Below the pieces are notes generated by a model. It ran no database searches and had not been told where the DNA came from. It was given only the letters and a program-made list of their open reading frames with translations. Position numbers and translations under genes: made by a program. DNA of 64,000 nucleotides from an uncultured delta proteobacterium (GTDB lineage Bacteria > Myxococcota_A > Polyangia > Polyangiales > Polyangiaceae): contig CAVOKF010000001.1 in assembly GCA_963696385.1 (NCBI GenBank), positions 192,001 to 256,000 on the forward strand. Direction: 5' to 3'. Below, one piece after another: positions 1-10,044 of the stretch. Within the stretch, counting starts at the first letter, position 1; the number at the start of each line of letters is the position of its first letter.

Positions 1-7
1 ATCATCG

Positions 8-30
8 GTGACCTTGCGGCAACACTGCGG
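8..30 (+). repeat. IS66 terminal inverted repeat (left in window)
   Basis: 19/23 match to the reverse complement of 3657-3679. Confidence 0.85.
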
Positions 31-107
31 TGAGCGGTCGTGACGCGGAGGCGTGGGTGTAAAATAGAGCTTGCGTTCTAAAAAATGACGCGATACGGAT
101 CGCGCCC

Positions 108-983
108 ATGGAGGCATTGCTTCGATATCGAGGACGCGAGGTGCGCGCCGGCGACGTGGCGTTTCTGCGAGAGCTGATCGCCGCGAGTCCGGGGACCAGT
201 CGCCGAGCGTTGTCGTTCAAGGTTTGTGAGGCGTGGGGTTGGGCGCAACCCAACGGGACGTTGTGCGATGCGGTCTGTCGCGGGCTGATGCTGCGATTGC
301 ACCGGGAAGGCCACGTGGAGCTGCCGCCGGCGCGATGGCGGAGTCAGCAGCCGCGTCGGCACGCGGTCGTGGATCATGTGGATGTCCCGGCGCGCCCGCT
401 GGCGGTTCCGCTCGCGGAGCTCGGTCCCCTGGACATTCGGCAGGTTCGACGCACGCCCGAGGAGTCGCTGGTCAAGTCGCTGGTCCAGCAGCATCACTAT
501 CTGGGGTACACGCATCCGGTCGGCGAGCACCTCAAGTACCTGGTATCGGCGGCCGGACAGCCGATCGCGTGTTTCTGCTGGTCGTCGGCCGCGCGGCATC
601 TGGGGCCTCGGGATCGCTACATCGGCTGGTCCAAGGAGCAGCGAAGGGCCCATATTCGGTTTGTCGCCTACCAGAGCCGGTTTCTGATTTTGCCGTGGGT
701 GAAGGTGCCGCATCTGGCGTCGCATCTGCTCGGCGCCATTTCGCGCCGGCTTTCGGACGACTGGCAGCGAGTCTACCGGCATCCGATCTACTTCACCGAA
801 ACGTTCGTCGATCCGGATCGTTTTCGTGGCACCTGCTACCGCGCGGCCAACTGGACCGTTTTGGGCATCACGACCGGCCGCGGAAAAGACGACCAGACGC
901 ATGCCGCGAATCGTTCCCTCAAACAGCTGTTCGGATATCCGCTGGTCGGCGACTTCCGAAAACGCCTGCTCGGTGGGTACTGA
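108..983 (+). CDS. DUF4338 (DruA-like) domain protein
   Basis: SRRALS..VCE.WGW..PNG N-terminus, HHYLG, RDRYIGW, SRFLILPWV.VPHLAS, ETFVDP.RF.GTCYRAANW..LG.T.GRG motifs. Confidence 0.85.
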   Translation: MEALLRYRGREVRAGDVAFLRELIAASPGTSRRALSFKVCEAWGWAQPNGTLCDAVCRGLMLRLHREGHVELPPARWRSQQPRRHAVVDHVDVPARPLAVPLAELGPLDIRQVRRTPEESLVKSLVQQHHYLGYTHPVGEHLKYLVSAAGQPIACFCWSSAARHLGPRDRYIGWSKEQRRAHIRFVAYQSRFLILPWVKVPHLASHLLGAISRRLSDDWQRVYRHPIYFTETFVDPDRFRGTCYRAANWTVLGITTGRGKDDQTHAANRSLKQLFGYPLVGDFRKRLLGGY

Positions 984-984
984 C

Positions 985-2709
985 GTGGATCGCACGCCCG
1001 TCCGTGACGTCGACCTGAACGACCTGCCGCCGATGCTGGAGCGCATCCGGGCGGTCGTCTGTGACGACGACTACCACCTCATCGAAGCGCTTGCGACGAC
1101 CGTGATCGAGATGACCCGCGAGCTGCGCAAGACCCACGCCACGCTGACGCGGGTGCGGCGCCTCTTCGGACTCACGGGCAATGAGAAGACCGCTCACATC
1201 AAGGCCGACGTGGCCAACCCTGCGTCGCAGACGGCCCATCCGGCGGTCGAGCCGCAAGACGCGCCCGCGAGCGATCCCAGCGCCACCCCCGCGGCCGCGG
1301 CGAATGCGCCGGAGCCATCGGCGCCCCCCACGAAAGAAAAGCGCAAGGGTCACGGACGCGTGCCCGCCTCCGCCTATCGCGCGGCGCAGCACGTCACCGT
1401 GGATCACGAGTCGCTGCGGCGGGGAGACTCGTGCCCGCTCTGCACACAAGGCCGTGTCTACGAGCTGGCCGCCCCCGCGACCCTCGTTCGGATCGTCGGG
1501 CGGGCTCCGCTGGGGGCCGCCTGCTTTCACTGCAAGCAGCTTCGCTGCGGCGCCTGCGGCCACGTGTTCACCGCTCGTCCGCCGCCCGAGGCCCAGGGAG
1601 AAAAGTGCGACGAGTCCGCCAGCAGCATGATCGCCGTGATGCACTACGGAGCGGGCGTTCCCTTCCATCGACTCGAGAAGCTGCAGGACAATCTCGGTAC
1701 GCCCGTCCCTGCGTCGACCCAGTGGGATGTCCTGCGCGACCGCGTCGATCGGGTCGAGCCGGTCTACAAGGAGCTCAAGCGCATCGCCGCCCAGGCCGAG
1801 CTCTTGCACGTCGACGATAGCCACATGCGCATCTTGAGCCTCATGGGCAAGCGCCGCGCCGACTTGCTCGCGAAAGGAACACTCGAGGCCCCCGAGCGCA
1901 CAGGCTTGTTCACGACCGCCATCGTCTCGATCATCGCGTCACTCGGCGTCATCGCGCTATTTTTCACGGGGCGAAAGCATGCGGGAGAAAACCTCGCCGA
2001 GCTGCTGAAACAACGAGCCCCAGACCGGCCTGTCCCTCTGCTCATGAGTGATGCCCTTTCGCGCAACGTCCCCGACGGCCATGACGTCATCGAGATCAAT
2101 TGCATCTCCCACGGGCGACGCAAGGTCGTCGACGAGGTCGCCAACTACCCCGACGAGTGCCTCGCGCTTCTCGAGCGGCTCGCGGCGGTTTACAAGGTCG
2201 ACCACGACTGCAAAAAGCAAGGCCTCTCGGACGACGAGCGATTACGGGTGCACCAGCGACTCAGCGCGCCCGTCATGGGGGATCTGCAGAAGTGGATGAC
2301 CGCTCAGCTCGACGAAAAGCGCATCGAGCCCCACTCCGACCTCGGGCAGGCCTTCCACTATTTCCTCAAACGGTGGGACAAATTCACGGTTTTTCTCCGT
2401 GTTCCGGGAGCCCCGCTCGACAATAACCTGTGCGAGCGTGTCCTCAAGATGGCGATTCGGTTGAGAAACGTGTCGTTCTTTTACAGAAGCGAGCTCGGTG
2501 CGCGCGTCGGCGACATCTATATGACCCTCATCCACACCGCCGAGCTGCACCACCAAAATCCCTTCGATTACCTCACCGCGCTGCAACGCCATTCCAAGGC
2601 CGTCGCCGAGGCTCCCGGCGACTGGCTCCCCTGGAACTACAAGGCCACCCTCGCACGGCGCGGCGCCTCGCCGAGCGGCGGCGGCGACGATACGCGTGCC
2701 GCCGCCTAG
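985..2709 (+). CDS. tnpC: IS66-family DDE transposase TnpC
   Basis: KGHGR, zinc ribbon CPLC...CGACGH, DDE motifs LHVDDS / LMSDAL / DNNLCERVLK, C-terminal NPFDYL...WLPWNY; GTG start just after the DUF4338 stop. Confidence 0.9.
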   Translation: MDRTPVRDVDLNDLPPMLERIRAVVCDDDYHLIEALATTVIEMTRELRKTHATLTRVRRLFGLTGNEKTAHIKADVANPASQTAHPAVEPQDAPASDPSATPAAAANAPEPSAPPTKEKRKGHGRVPASAYRAAQHVTVDHESLRRGDSCPLCTQGRVYELAAPATLVRIVGRAPLGAACFHCKQLRCGACGHVFTARPPPEAQGEKCDESASSMIAVMHYGAGVPFHRLEKLQDNLGTPVPASTQWDVLRDRVDRVEPVYKELKRIAAQAELLHVDDSHMRILSLMGKRRADLLAKGTLEAPERTGLFTTAIVSIIASLGVIALFFTGRKHAGENLAELLKQRAPDRPVPLLMSDALSRNVPDGHDVIEINCISHGRRKVVDEVANYPDECLALLERLAAVYKVDHDCKKQGLSDDERLRVHQRLSAPVMGDLQKWMTAQLDEKRIEPHSDLGQAFHYFLKRWDKFTVFLRVPGAPLDNNLCERVLKMAIRLRNVSFFYRSELGARVGDIYMTLIHTAELHHQNPFDYLTALQRHSKAVAEAPGDWLPWNYKATLARRGASPSGGGDDTRAAA

Positions 2710-2730
2710 ACGGCGATGAGCGCGGCCGGC

Positions 2731-3108
2731 TTACGCCGCCGCGACGTCCGGCGTCACGGAACGCCACGGGCTCGCCGCCTGCGTCGCCTCCGGATTGCCA
2801 CCCATCAGCAGCACCTGCACTTGGTGCGCCAGCAGCTGGCGAGTCTTCTCGTCGCCAGCGCCGCTTCGTGGCCAATGTGCAAATCGACCCTGCGACAAAC
2901 GCTTTTGGCAGAGCCAGAATCCCTGCCCATCATACGCCAAAATCTTAATCGCGGTCCCCCGACGACTTCGAAATACGAACACTGCTCCCGAAAACGGATC
3001 GCTCGACAAGATCTGCCGGCACACCCGGCACATCCCGTCGATCCCCCGCCGAAAGTCCACCGGCTCCACCGCAACCAGAATCCGCATCTGCGGCGTGAGC
3101 TGGATCAT
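2731..3108 (-). CDS. tnpB: IS66 accessory protein TnpB
   Basis: MIQLTPQMRILVAVEPVDFRRGIDG...FVFRSRR..IKIL.YDGQGFWLCQKRL..GRF. Confidence 0.92.
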   Translation of the reverse strand: MIQLTPQMRILVAVEPVDFRRGIDGMCRVCRQILSSDPFSGAVFVFRSRRGTAIKILAYDGQGFWLCQKRLSQGRFAHWPRSGAGDEKTRQLLAHQVQVLLMGGNPEATQAASPWRSVTPDVAAA

Positions 3109-3518
3109 CGCTCGCGTCTCCAGAAGGCGTGCGCCAATCCGACCACGTCCAACCCGCTCGCGCCCGTCACCTCCACGCGCAGCCGCTCTCCGCCTCGACC
3201 CTCGAGCTCGATCACCGTCCGGCTCGACCCGTCCGCCGTCCTCGCCGCCGGCATCGCCACTTCGATGAACGACGGCGACGTCGTCTCGATCGCCGAACCC
3301 GTCGACGCTTGGCTCATCCGGTCCTTCAGCCCTTGGTAATTCAAACGCGTCGCCCGCGACGTCGCCCACACCCCTTCGCGGCGAGCCACCTCGATCGCCG
3401 CGTTCCACAGCTCCTGCGGCACCCTCGACCGCTTGCCTCCGCATCCGGCTCGCCACCGCTCTATCCGCCCGCGCAGACTTTCTAGAGCGCCCGTTGCCCC
3501 GATACTCGTTCGATTCAT
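3105..3518 (-). CDS. IS66 TnpA-like accessory protein
   Basis: ERWR...RVPQELWNAAIEVARREGV...L.Y..LK and FIEV motifs; GGAGG RBS; 4-bp overlap with tnpB. Confidence 0.7.
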   Translation of the reverse strand: MNRTSIGATGALESLRGRIERWRAGCGGKRSRVPQELWNAAIEVARREGVWATSRATRLNYQGLKDRMSQASTGSAIETTSPSFIEVAMPAARTADGSSRTVIELEGRGGERLRVEVTGASGLDVVGLAHAFWRRER

Positions 3519-3656
3519 CAGGTCTTCCTCCTGACCGCGACGCTGCCCGAGTCACGCGTCGACTTCACGCACTGTTGCCGAATGCCACCGCCGCCCGCCG
3601 CGACCCGCCCCTCTCGCACGCCCCCCCCGCCAGACCCCCCCCTCGTACTCCCCGCC

Positions 3657-3679
3657 CCGCAGCCGTGCCGCAAGGACAC
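3657..3679 (-). repeat. IS66 terminal inverted repeat (right in window)
   Basis: Pairs with 8-30 and is followed by the CATCATCG target duplication. Confidence 0.85.
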
Positions 3680-5206
3680 CATCATCGCTCGCGCTGACTT
3701 CGTCGTGCCCATCGCGATCCGGGCAAGGCTAACGAGCGTCAGGCCGAGCACGGTCGCAAACGTGTGCAGGCGCAGGGAGGTGTCGGCCCATTGGTGCGAG
3801 GGTCCCCAGGGAACCACGCCGCCCTTCTTCGATCGGCGGAAGACCTCCTCGACGCACCATTGACCGCGGCAAGCGGTCACAATCCGTTCATTGGACCAGC
3901 TGTGTCTGTCGGTGCAGAGCACCCGTTTGCCGAGGCGTGTTCGCTCGAGCTCGCGTCGTCGGATGGGGTCGACGCTCCACTGCAACGTTGGGGCGTCCTC
4001 GGTGCCGCCGACGTGGGTGACCACGAAGGATGTGAGGTGTTCACGTCGAAGCGTTTTGGCGATACGGGCCTGCAGAGCGTCTCGTCGGATGCGCCCAGCA
4101 GTTACGCGTCGCTCGAGTTTCGCCAACTCGACTTTCGCCTTCTTCAAGGCCGCTGCGATTCCGCGCTTCTGCCCGGCGAGAAGTTCCTGGCTGTCGACCA
4201 CAACCAGCGTTCGGTCAAGATCGCCGACAGACGTGCGAAGACGTGCGGCGCGCACGTGACGGAGTCGGCCTGACAGAGGCTTCATCGCTCCGCGGCCCGC
4301 TGCTTCTGCGAGCGCCTTCTCAGCGGCCTTCGTGCCGAGCGGCAATGACACGAGCGTGTAGTAGCCAGCAACATCGAGATTCAGCTCCGTCTGCTCGCCC
4401 CAGGAGCCACCATCGCGCACGATCGTTCGCTCTCCCGGTTGCTTGCGTTCCTCGGCCGCGTCCAAAGCATCGTGGAGCCGTGCCAGTCCACCGAGGCAGT
4501 CTTCCAGAACCGTATGGTCGGATGCATTGCCAGCATACGTCCGGTGAAGCAACGGGACGTGTCCAGTCTCGGTCACGAGTACACCAAGACCCACTACGCG
4601 GAGGTCAGCGCGTTTGCTTTTTGCGTGCCCGCGACGCGCCAGATCTCCCTCGGTTGTTGTGGCGATGTACGTGTCAAAATTCGTCGTGTCGAACGCGAGC
4701 ACATTCGTGCCGAGGTCGAACTTCGACACTGCGGCCCGGGCCAACTCGATCTGCGCCGTCTCCAGCTGCGCGTCAGTCGCCGTCGCTGCAAGGCGATGGA
4801 ATTCCTGTCCGGTGAACGACTTCGCAGAAAGGCAGGACACCCGCGGGATCGCATCCGACAAGAATGCGCTCAGGTGGCACTTCGCGGCGGGTGAACACGC
4901 TCGCTGCACGGCAACCGCGAGCACCATTTCACCAAGGCTCACGCTCTTCGCTCCTCCACTCCAGCCGCACGCACGATTGAGCGTGCCGACGACGTCTAAC
5001 TGCTCCGCCACCCAGACCAGAGCCCCAACGTCGCCGATAGGACGTCGGCCCACCGTCCGCAGCTGTGCGAGCTTCACGCTCACGGGCATCTCCGCCGGTC
5101 CAAGGATGGCCTGCCGAGAATACGACTGCCCGGCGGCTGCGTCCCAGACCGCTTGCGCAGCGATGCGGTAACGGTTGCCATTGACGAGCTTCTCCGTGAA
5201 GTGCAT
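3680..5206 (-). pseudogene. IS1634-family transposase interrupted near its C-terminus by the IS66 element
   Basis: LAFDTTN, RGHAK.KR.DLR.VGL, P..HRTY.GN..D, IVRDGG, QW.VEEVFR..K and H.F..VLGL motifs; the frame runs into the IS66 end after ...ARAMM. Confidence 0.82.
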
Positions 5207-5404
5207 TTCTTTCCACTATCCCGTGTCGCCAGCGATGGAAAGAGAAAACGCCGCAAACGTAAGCCTCCCGTGACGGCAATGCCTCGCTCCGCGTCGCGAT
5301 TTTGCGAAAGTAGGGCTAGAGCGTACGGGAATAGGCGTCGCGCGCTTTCGCAACAGCCTATAACTAAAGCGCTCGGCCACCTCTGCCAGCGCTAGGCAGT
5401 GACG

Positions 5405-5420
5405 CGGCAGGACATTTGCA
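5405..5420 (+). promoter_or_regulatory. sigma-54 -24/-12 motif
   Basis: CGGCAGGACATTTGCA (GG-N10-GC), 12 bp before ATG 5433. Confidence 0.55.
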
Positions 5421-5432
5421 CTGCACGATCGC

Positions 5433-5534
5433 ATGAAGATCTCGATGACGCTCGGTGCTTGTTCCATCCTCGGCCTGGCCGCCTGCGGCGGAGCGGTGCA
5501 CGATCGCCGCGTCGACGTGACGTTGGCCCAGTGA
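5433..5534 (+). pseudogene. Collapsed OmpA/Pal-like lipoprotein minigene (33 aa)
   Basis: MKISMTLGACSILGLAAC-GGA lipobox signal fused in frame to VHDRRVDVTLAQ*, identical to the end of the OmpA-like fragment at 11122-11309. Confidence 0.65.
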
Positions 5535-5914
5535 AGCGAAAAGTCATCCTCGTCGTGGACGACGACGAGCAAACGCGAGCGGCGCTCGACATCGTTCTCT
5601 CTCCTCATTACTGCATGAGGTTCGCGGTGGATGGGGTCGATGGATATTTGAGGGCCAATGATCTGCCAGGGCCCGATCTGATCATTGCCGATGTAGCGAT
5701 GCCCAACCTCGATGGCTTGGCGATGGTCCGGCGCATTCGCGACAATCACGCGCTCGGCAGCCTGCCCGTCCTGTTTCTGACCGGGCAGGTTTCGCGGGCG
5801 GTCGTGGCCGAAAGGATCGGGCTGTCCGGCGGTGCATTCGCCTACCTTTGGAAGCCAACCGACTCCGGGCTACTGCAGAAGAAGGTCCGAAGCTTGCTCT
5901 GGGCCTAGGTGCGG
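5495..5914 (+). repeat. Direct repeat copy 1 (about 420 bp) containing a receiver gene
   Basis: 5495-5902 reads identical to 11270-11677 (offset 5775), then 2 mismatches to 5914. Confidence 0.95.
5531..5908 (+). CDS. Single-domain response regulator (copy 1)
   Basis: ILVVDDD, PDLIIADVAMPNLDGL, LFLTG, KP. Confidence 0.85.
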   Translation: MKRKVILVVDDDEQTRAALDIVLSPHYCMRFAVDGVDGYLRANDLPGPDLIIADVAMPNLDGLAMVRRIRDNHALGSLPVLFLTGQVSRAVVAERIGLSGGAFAYLWKPTDSGLLQKKVRSLLWA

Positions 5915-6208
5915 CAGGGGAGGGGCGGAAGGTTCACAGGCTCCAATTCTGGGGCGCATCGCCACGCGGGGACGAAACGGCCGATCGGGCAACCCCGTTG
6001 GTACCTTGCGAATCCACACCGCAGTTTGCTCGCTGCGTGTCCGCTTCGGCGACGTGTCGCAGACAGGTCTCCCGTCGAGCCCGCGGTCGACGACGCACGG
6101 CGATCGTCGACCGGACTCGGTCGGGATCGGGGCCTTAAACGCTTGCGATGAGCCATTCGCCTAGCGGATACGATCGGCTGTGCGGCTTCGCGCTCCCGGT
6201 GGGTTGAA

Positions 6209-6224
6209 TGGCACGGACCGTGCG
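6209..6224 (+). promoter_or_regulatory. sigma-54 -24/-12 motif upstream of tal-pgi
   Basis: TGGCACGGACCGTGCG followed by a GAGGAGG RBS and GTG 6250. Confidence 0.6.
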
Positions 6225-6249
6225 ATCGGACTGCCATGAGGAGGCCTCC

Positions 6250-9100
6250 GTGGATGTAAAAGAGCTTCATGAAAAATACGGCCAATCGGTCTGGCTCGAC
6301 GACATGCGGCGCCACCGTCTGCAAAGCGGCGATTTTTCGCGGATGGTGCAGAACGATGGCATCCGCGGCGCGACCTCGAATCCCTCCATCTTCGAGAAGG
6401 CCATCGCGGGCAGCACCGACTATGGCCCGGCCCTCGAGCGCTACGAAAAGCGCAAAGACGCGACTGCGTCGGCCATCTACGAACACTTGGCCATCCAAGA
6501 CATTCAGCAAGCGGCCGACCTTCTCCGTCCTGTGTACGAGCAGTCCGAGCGACGCGACGGCTACGTCAGCATGGAGGTCTCTCCCTACCTCGCGCACGAC
6601 ACCCAGGCGACGCTCGACGAGGCGACCCGCCTGTGGAGGACCGTGCGTCGCGACAACCTGATGATCAAGATTCCGGCGACGCCCGAGGGGGTTCCGGTGA
6701 TCCGAACGCTCATCGGCCAGGGAATCAACGTCAACGCGACCCTCCTGTTCTCGCGCGCCGTGTGTCGGCAGGTGGCTGAGGCGTATATGGACGGCCTCGA
6801 CGCATGGAGTGCGGCCGGCGGAGATTTCACACGCGTCGCGAGCGTCGCGAGCCTGTTCGTCAGTCGCCTGGACGTTCTCGTGGATCCGATGTTGGAGGCG
6901 GGGGCTACGGCGATGTCCGGCGCGCGGCAGGGGCCCCTGCCAAACCTCGTTGGCAAGGTGGCTATCGCCAATGCCAAGCTCGCTTACCAGGACTGGAAAG
7001 ATATGTGCCAGAGCCCGCGCTGGCAGGCGCTCGCCGCCCGTGGGGCCCGCTCACAGCGCCTCTTGTGGGCCAGTACGAGCACCAAGGACCCCCGTTGGAG
7101 CGATGTCGTCTATGTCGAGTCGCTCATCGGCCCGGATACCGTGGACACGATTGCACCCGCGACGCTCGACGCGTTTCGCGACCACGGCAAGGCGTCGAAT
7201 CGCCTCGAGGAAAACGTCGACGACGCGCGGCAGGTCTTGGCCACGCTCGCGCGCTCCGGCATCTCGATCGACGATCTGACCGCGCGCCTTCTCGACGAGG
7301 GCGTCCGACAATTCTCGGCGGCGTTCGACACGCTGCTGGCAGCCATCGAGGCCAAGCGCGACGGTGTGCTGAAGTCGGCCCTCGACCGGATGAGCTACCG
7401 ACTGCCCGCCCCAATCCATGGCAAAGTAAACGAGGCGCTCGACGACTGGCGGGCCACGGGCAAGCAGCGGCGGCTCTGGGCGCGCGACGCGTCCATGTGG
7501 ACTGGCAACGACGAGAGCCGGTGGCTCGACTGGCTCGACATCGTCGAGCGAGAGCAAGCGAGTGTGAGGCGGCTGACGCTGTTCGCCAAAGAAGCCCGGA
7601 CGAAGTTCACGCACGCGGTCGTTTTGGGAATGGGTGGCTCGAGCCTCTGCCCCGATGTCTTGTCGCGCACGTTCGGCCCGATCGTGGGATTTCCCGAGCT
7701 GGGAGTTCTCGACTCGACCGACCCCGCGCAGATCCGGACGATGCAAGCGCGCATCGAGCTACCCAAGACGCTCTTTATCGTCTCGAGCAAGTCGGGCACG
7801 ACACTCGAGCCGAATATCCTCAAGGACTACTTCTACGATTGCCTTTGCCAGACCGTCGGCGAGGACGAGGCGGCCAAGCATTTCATCGTCGTGACCGACC
7901 CAAACTCGGTCCTGCAAGGGCTTGCCGAATCGGAGCACTTCGCACCGGTGTTTTTCGGCGTACGGGGTATCGGCGGGCGATACTCGGCGCTGTCCAACTT
8001 CGGCATGGTGCCCGCCGCGGTCATGGGGCTCGACGTGCCGCGGTTCCTCGAGCGTACGGCGATCATGGTGCACGCGTGCGCGCCGTGCGTGCCGCCCGAG
8101 CAAAACCCAGGTGTCCTGCTCGGCTTGATCCTCGGGACGTCGGGCCCGATCGGGTCGCGACAAAGTCACCCTCATTGCCTCTCCCGGCGTCGCACAGATC
8201 GGAGCGTGGCTCGAACAGCTTCTGGCCGAATCCACCGGCAAGCAGGGCAAGGGCATCATCCCCATCGACCGGGAGCCTCTCGGCAAGCCGGAGGTGTATG
8301 GAGTCGACCGACTGTTCGCCTACCTGAGACTCGACGGTGCGGCGGATCCGCAGCAGGATGCCGCGATCGATGCGCTCGAGAAGGCGGGACAGCCGGTCGT
8401 TCGCATCGCGATCGGCGAGCCCCACGATCTGGGGCAGGAATTCTTTCGATGGGAAGTCGCGGTGGCCGTAGCCGGCGCGATCATCGGCATCGACCCCTTC
8501 AATCAGCCGGATGTCGAAGCCAGCAAGGTGGCGGCGCGCGCCCTGACCGATGCCGTCGACAAGACCGGCACACTGCCGCCCGAGAGCCCGTTCTATCGAG
8601 AAGGTGCGATCCAGTTGTTCGCGGACGAAAAGAACCTCGTCGCTCTCGATCGGGGGGCCGGTTCCGACAAAACGCTGCATGGATACTTGCGAGCCCATCT
8701 GAAGCGCTTGGAGCCGGGCGACTACTTCGCGCTTCTCGCCTACGTCGAACGCGATGACGCGCACGACCGAACACTTCAGACGATTCGGCGCGCCGTCCGA
8801 GATTCGCGCCGCGTGGCCACGTGCGTCGGCTTCGGTCCTCGGTTCCTTCATTCGACCGGACAGGCCTACAAGGGCGGGCCCAATCGTGGCGTGTTTCTTC
8901 AGCTGACGTGCGACGACCTGCACGACCTGCGGGTTCCTGCGCACCGCTACACCTTCGGCACGGTGAAGGCGGCACAGGCGCGGGGTGACTTCCGCGTGCT
9001 CGCGCAGCGTGATCGCCGCGCTTTGCGCGTGCATCTGGGCAACGACGTCGATCATGGCCTCGACATGCTCCGCGAGGCGATCGCCCGGGTGCTCGCGTGA
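6250..9100 (+). CDS. tal: Bifunctional transaldolase / glucose-6-phosphate isomerase, +1 frameshift near 8143
   Basis: GQSVWLD, GATSNPSIFEKAI, IKIPAT, LLWASTSTK, then GMGGSSL, SKSGTTLE, GGRYSALS; continues in the next frame as ARSGRDKVTL...WLEQLLAESTGK...PFNQPDVE...GPRFLHSTGQ. Confidence 0.9.
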
Positions 9101-9176
9101 TCGCGATGGGTCGCCTCGGCGTCGCGCCGAAGCCGCGTGTCTCGTGCTTCAGCTGCGCTCCCGTCCGGAGAACGAG

Positions 9177-9965
9177 ATGATTCCCAAATGCGTCGTCGGC
9201 AACTGGAAAATGCACAAGACAACCGCGGACGCCCGGCAGCTCGCCCAAGCGGTCGCGAAGGGTGCCGGCGTCGAGGACCGCGTATCGGTCGTTGTCTGTC
9301 CGCCATTTCCGTATCTATCCCTCGTCGGCGACATTTTCAGGGGCAGCCGCATCGCGCTCGGGGCGCAGAACCTCTATCCCGACAAGGAAGGCGCTTACAC
9401 CGGCGAGGTTAGTCCGACGATGCTCCTCGATCTGGGCTGCAAATGCGTGATCCTCGGGCACAGCGAGCGCCGCCACACGCTCGGCGAATCCGATGCATTC
9501 ATCAACCGAAAGGTACTGGCCGCACTGGCCGCCGGTCTCGACGTGATCTTCTGCGTCGGCGAAACGCTGAATGAGCGTGCGGCGCGCGAGACCGAAGGGG
9601 TGCTCGAACGGCAAATCGTCCTCGGTCTGGCGCATCTGCCGCCGCCATCGTTGGCCCGCCTGAGTGTCGCGTACGAACCGGTCTGGGCCATTGGCAGTCC
9701 CGGACACCACGCTTCGCCCGAGCAGGCGGATCAGGCCCACGCCGTCATTCGGCGCTGCTTCGGTCGGCTGTTCGGCGACGAGGCGGCCCGGAAGCTGTCC
9801 GTCCAATACGGTGGCAGCGTCGAGCCGGAAAATGCGGGTGCGTTTCTGAGCCGACCCGGTGTGGACGGCTGTCTCATCGGCGGTGCGAGCCTGCATGCCG
9901 GCCCATTTCTCGCGATCGTGGGAGCCGCCGTCCACGCATCGCAAACCATGAAACAGTCGGCATGA
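9177..9965 (+). CDS. tpiA: Triosephosphate isomerase
   Basis: GNWKMH, GAQN, GAYTGEVS, GHSERR, AYEPVWAIG, YGGSV, GGASL. Confidence 0.96.
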   Translation: MIPKCVVGNWKMHKTTADARQLAQAVAKGAGVEDRVSVVVCPPFPYLSLVGDIFRGSRIALGAQNLYPDKEGAYTGEVSPTMLLDLGCKCVILGHSERRHTLGESDAFINRKVLAALAAGLDVIFCVGETLNERAARETEGVLERQIVLGLAHLPPPSLARLSVAYEPVWAIGSPGHHASPEQADQAHAVIRRCFGRLFGDEAARKLSVQYGGSVEPENAGAFLSRPGVDGCLIGGASLHAGPFLAIVGAAVHASQTMKQSA

Positions 9966-10044
9966 CAGAGCACGCTCACGGGGACGCGACAGCGGGTGCG
10001 GGAAAACCGCGACGATACGGGTTGGACGAAATCGCGAAAGGAAC

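Larger units (their letters stand above)
8..3679. mobile_element. IS66-family insertion sequence carrying a DUF4338 passenger gene (about 3.67 kb)
   Basis: Left end GTGACCTTGCGGCAACACTGCGG (8-30) matches the reverse complement of 3657-3679, GTGTCCTTGCGGCACGGCTGCGG, at 19/23. Flanked by ATCATCG (1-7) and CATCATCG (3680-3687). Contains tnpA/tnpB/tnpC homologs. Confidence 0.88.

Noticed and set aside
108..983. Druantia anti-phage system
   Set aside because: Only a DUF4338 gene is present, inside IS66 TIRs; no DruE helicase or other Dru genes in the window
8130..8160. Programmed ribosomal frameshift in tal-pgi
   Set aside because: No recognisable slippery heptamer; a single-base indel is the simpler explanation
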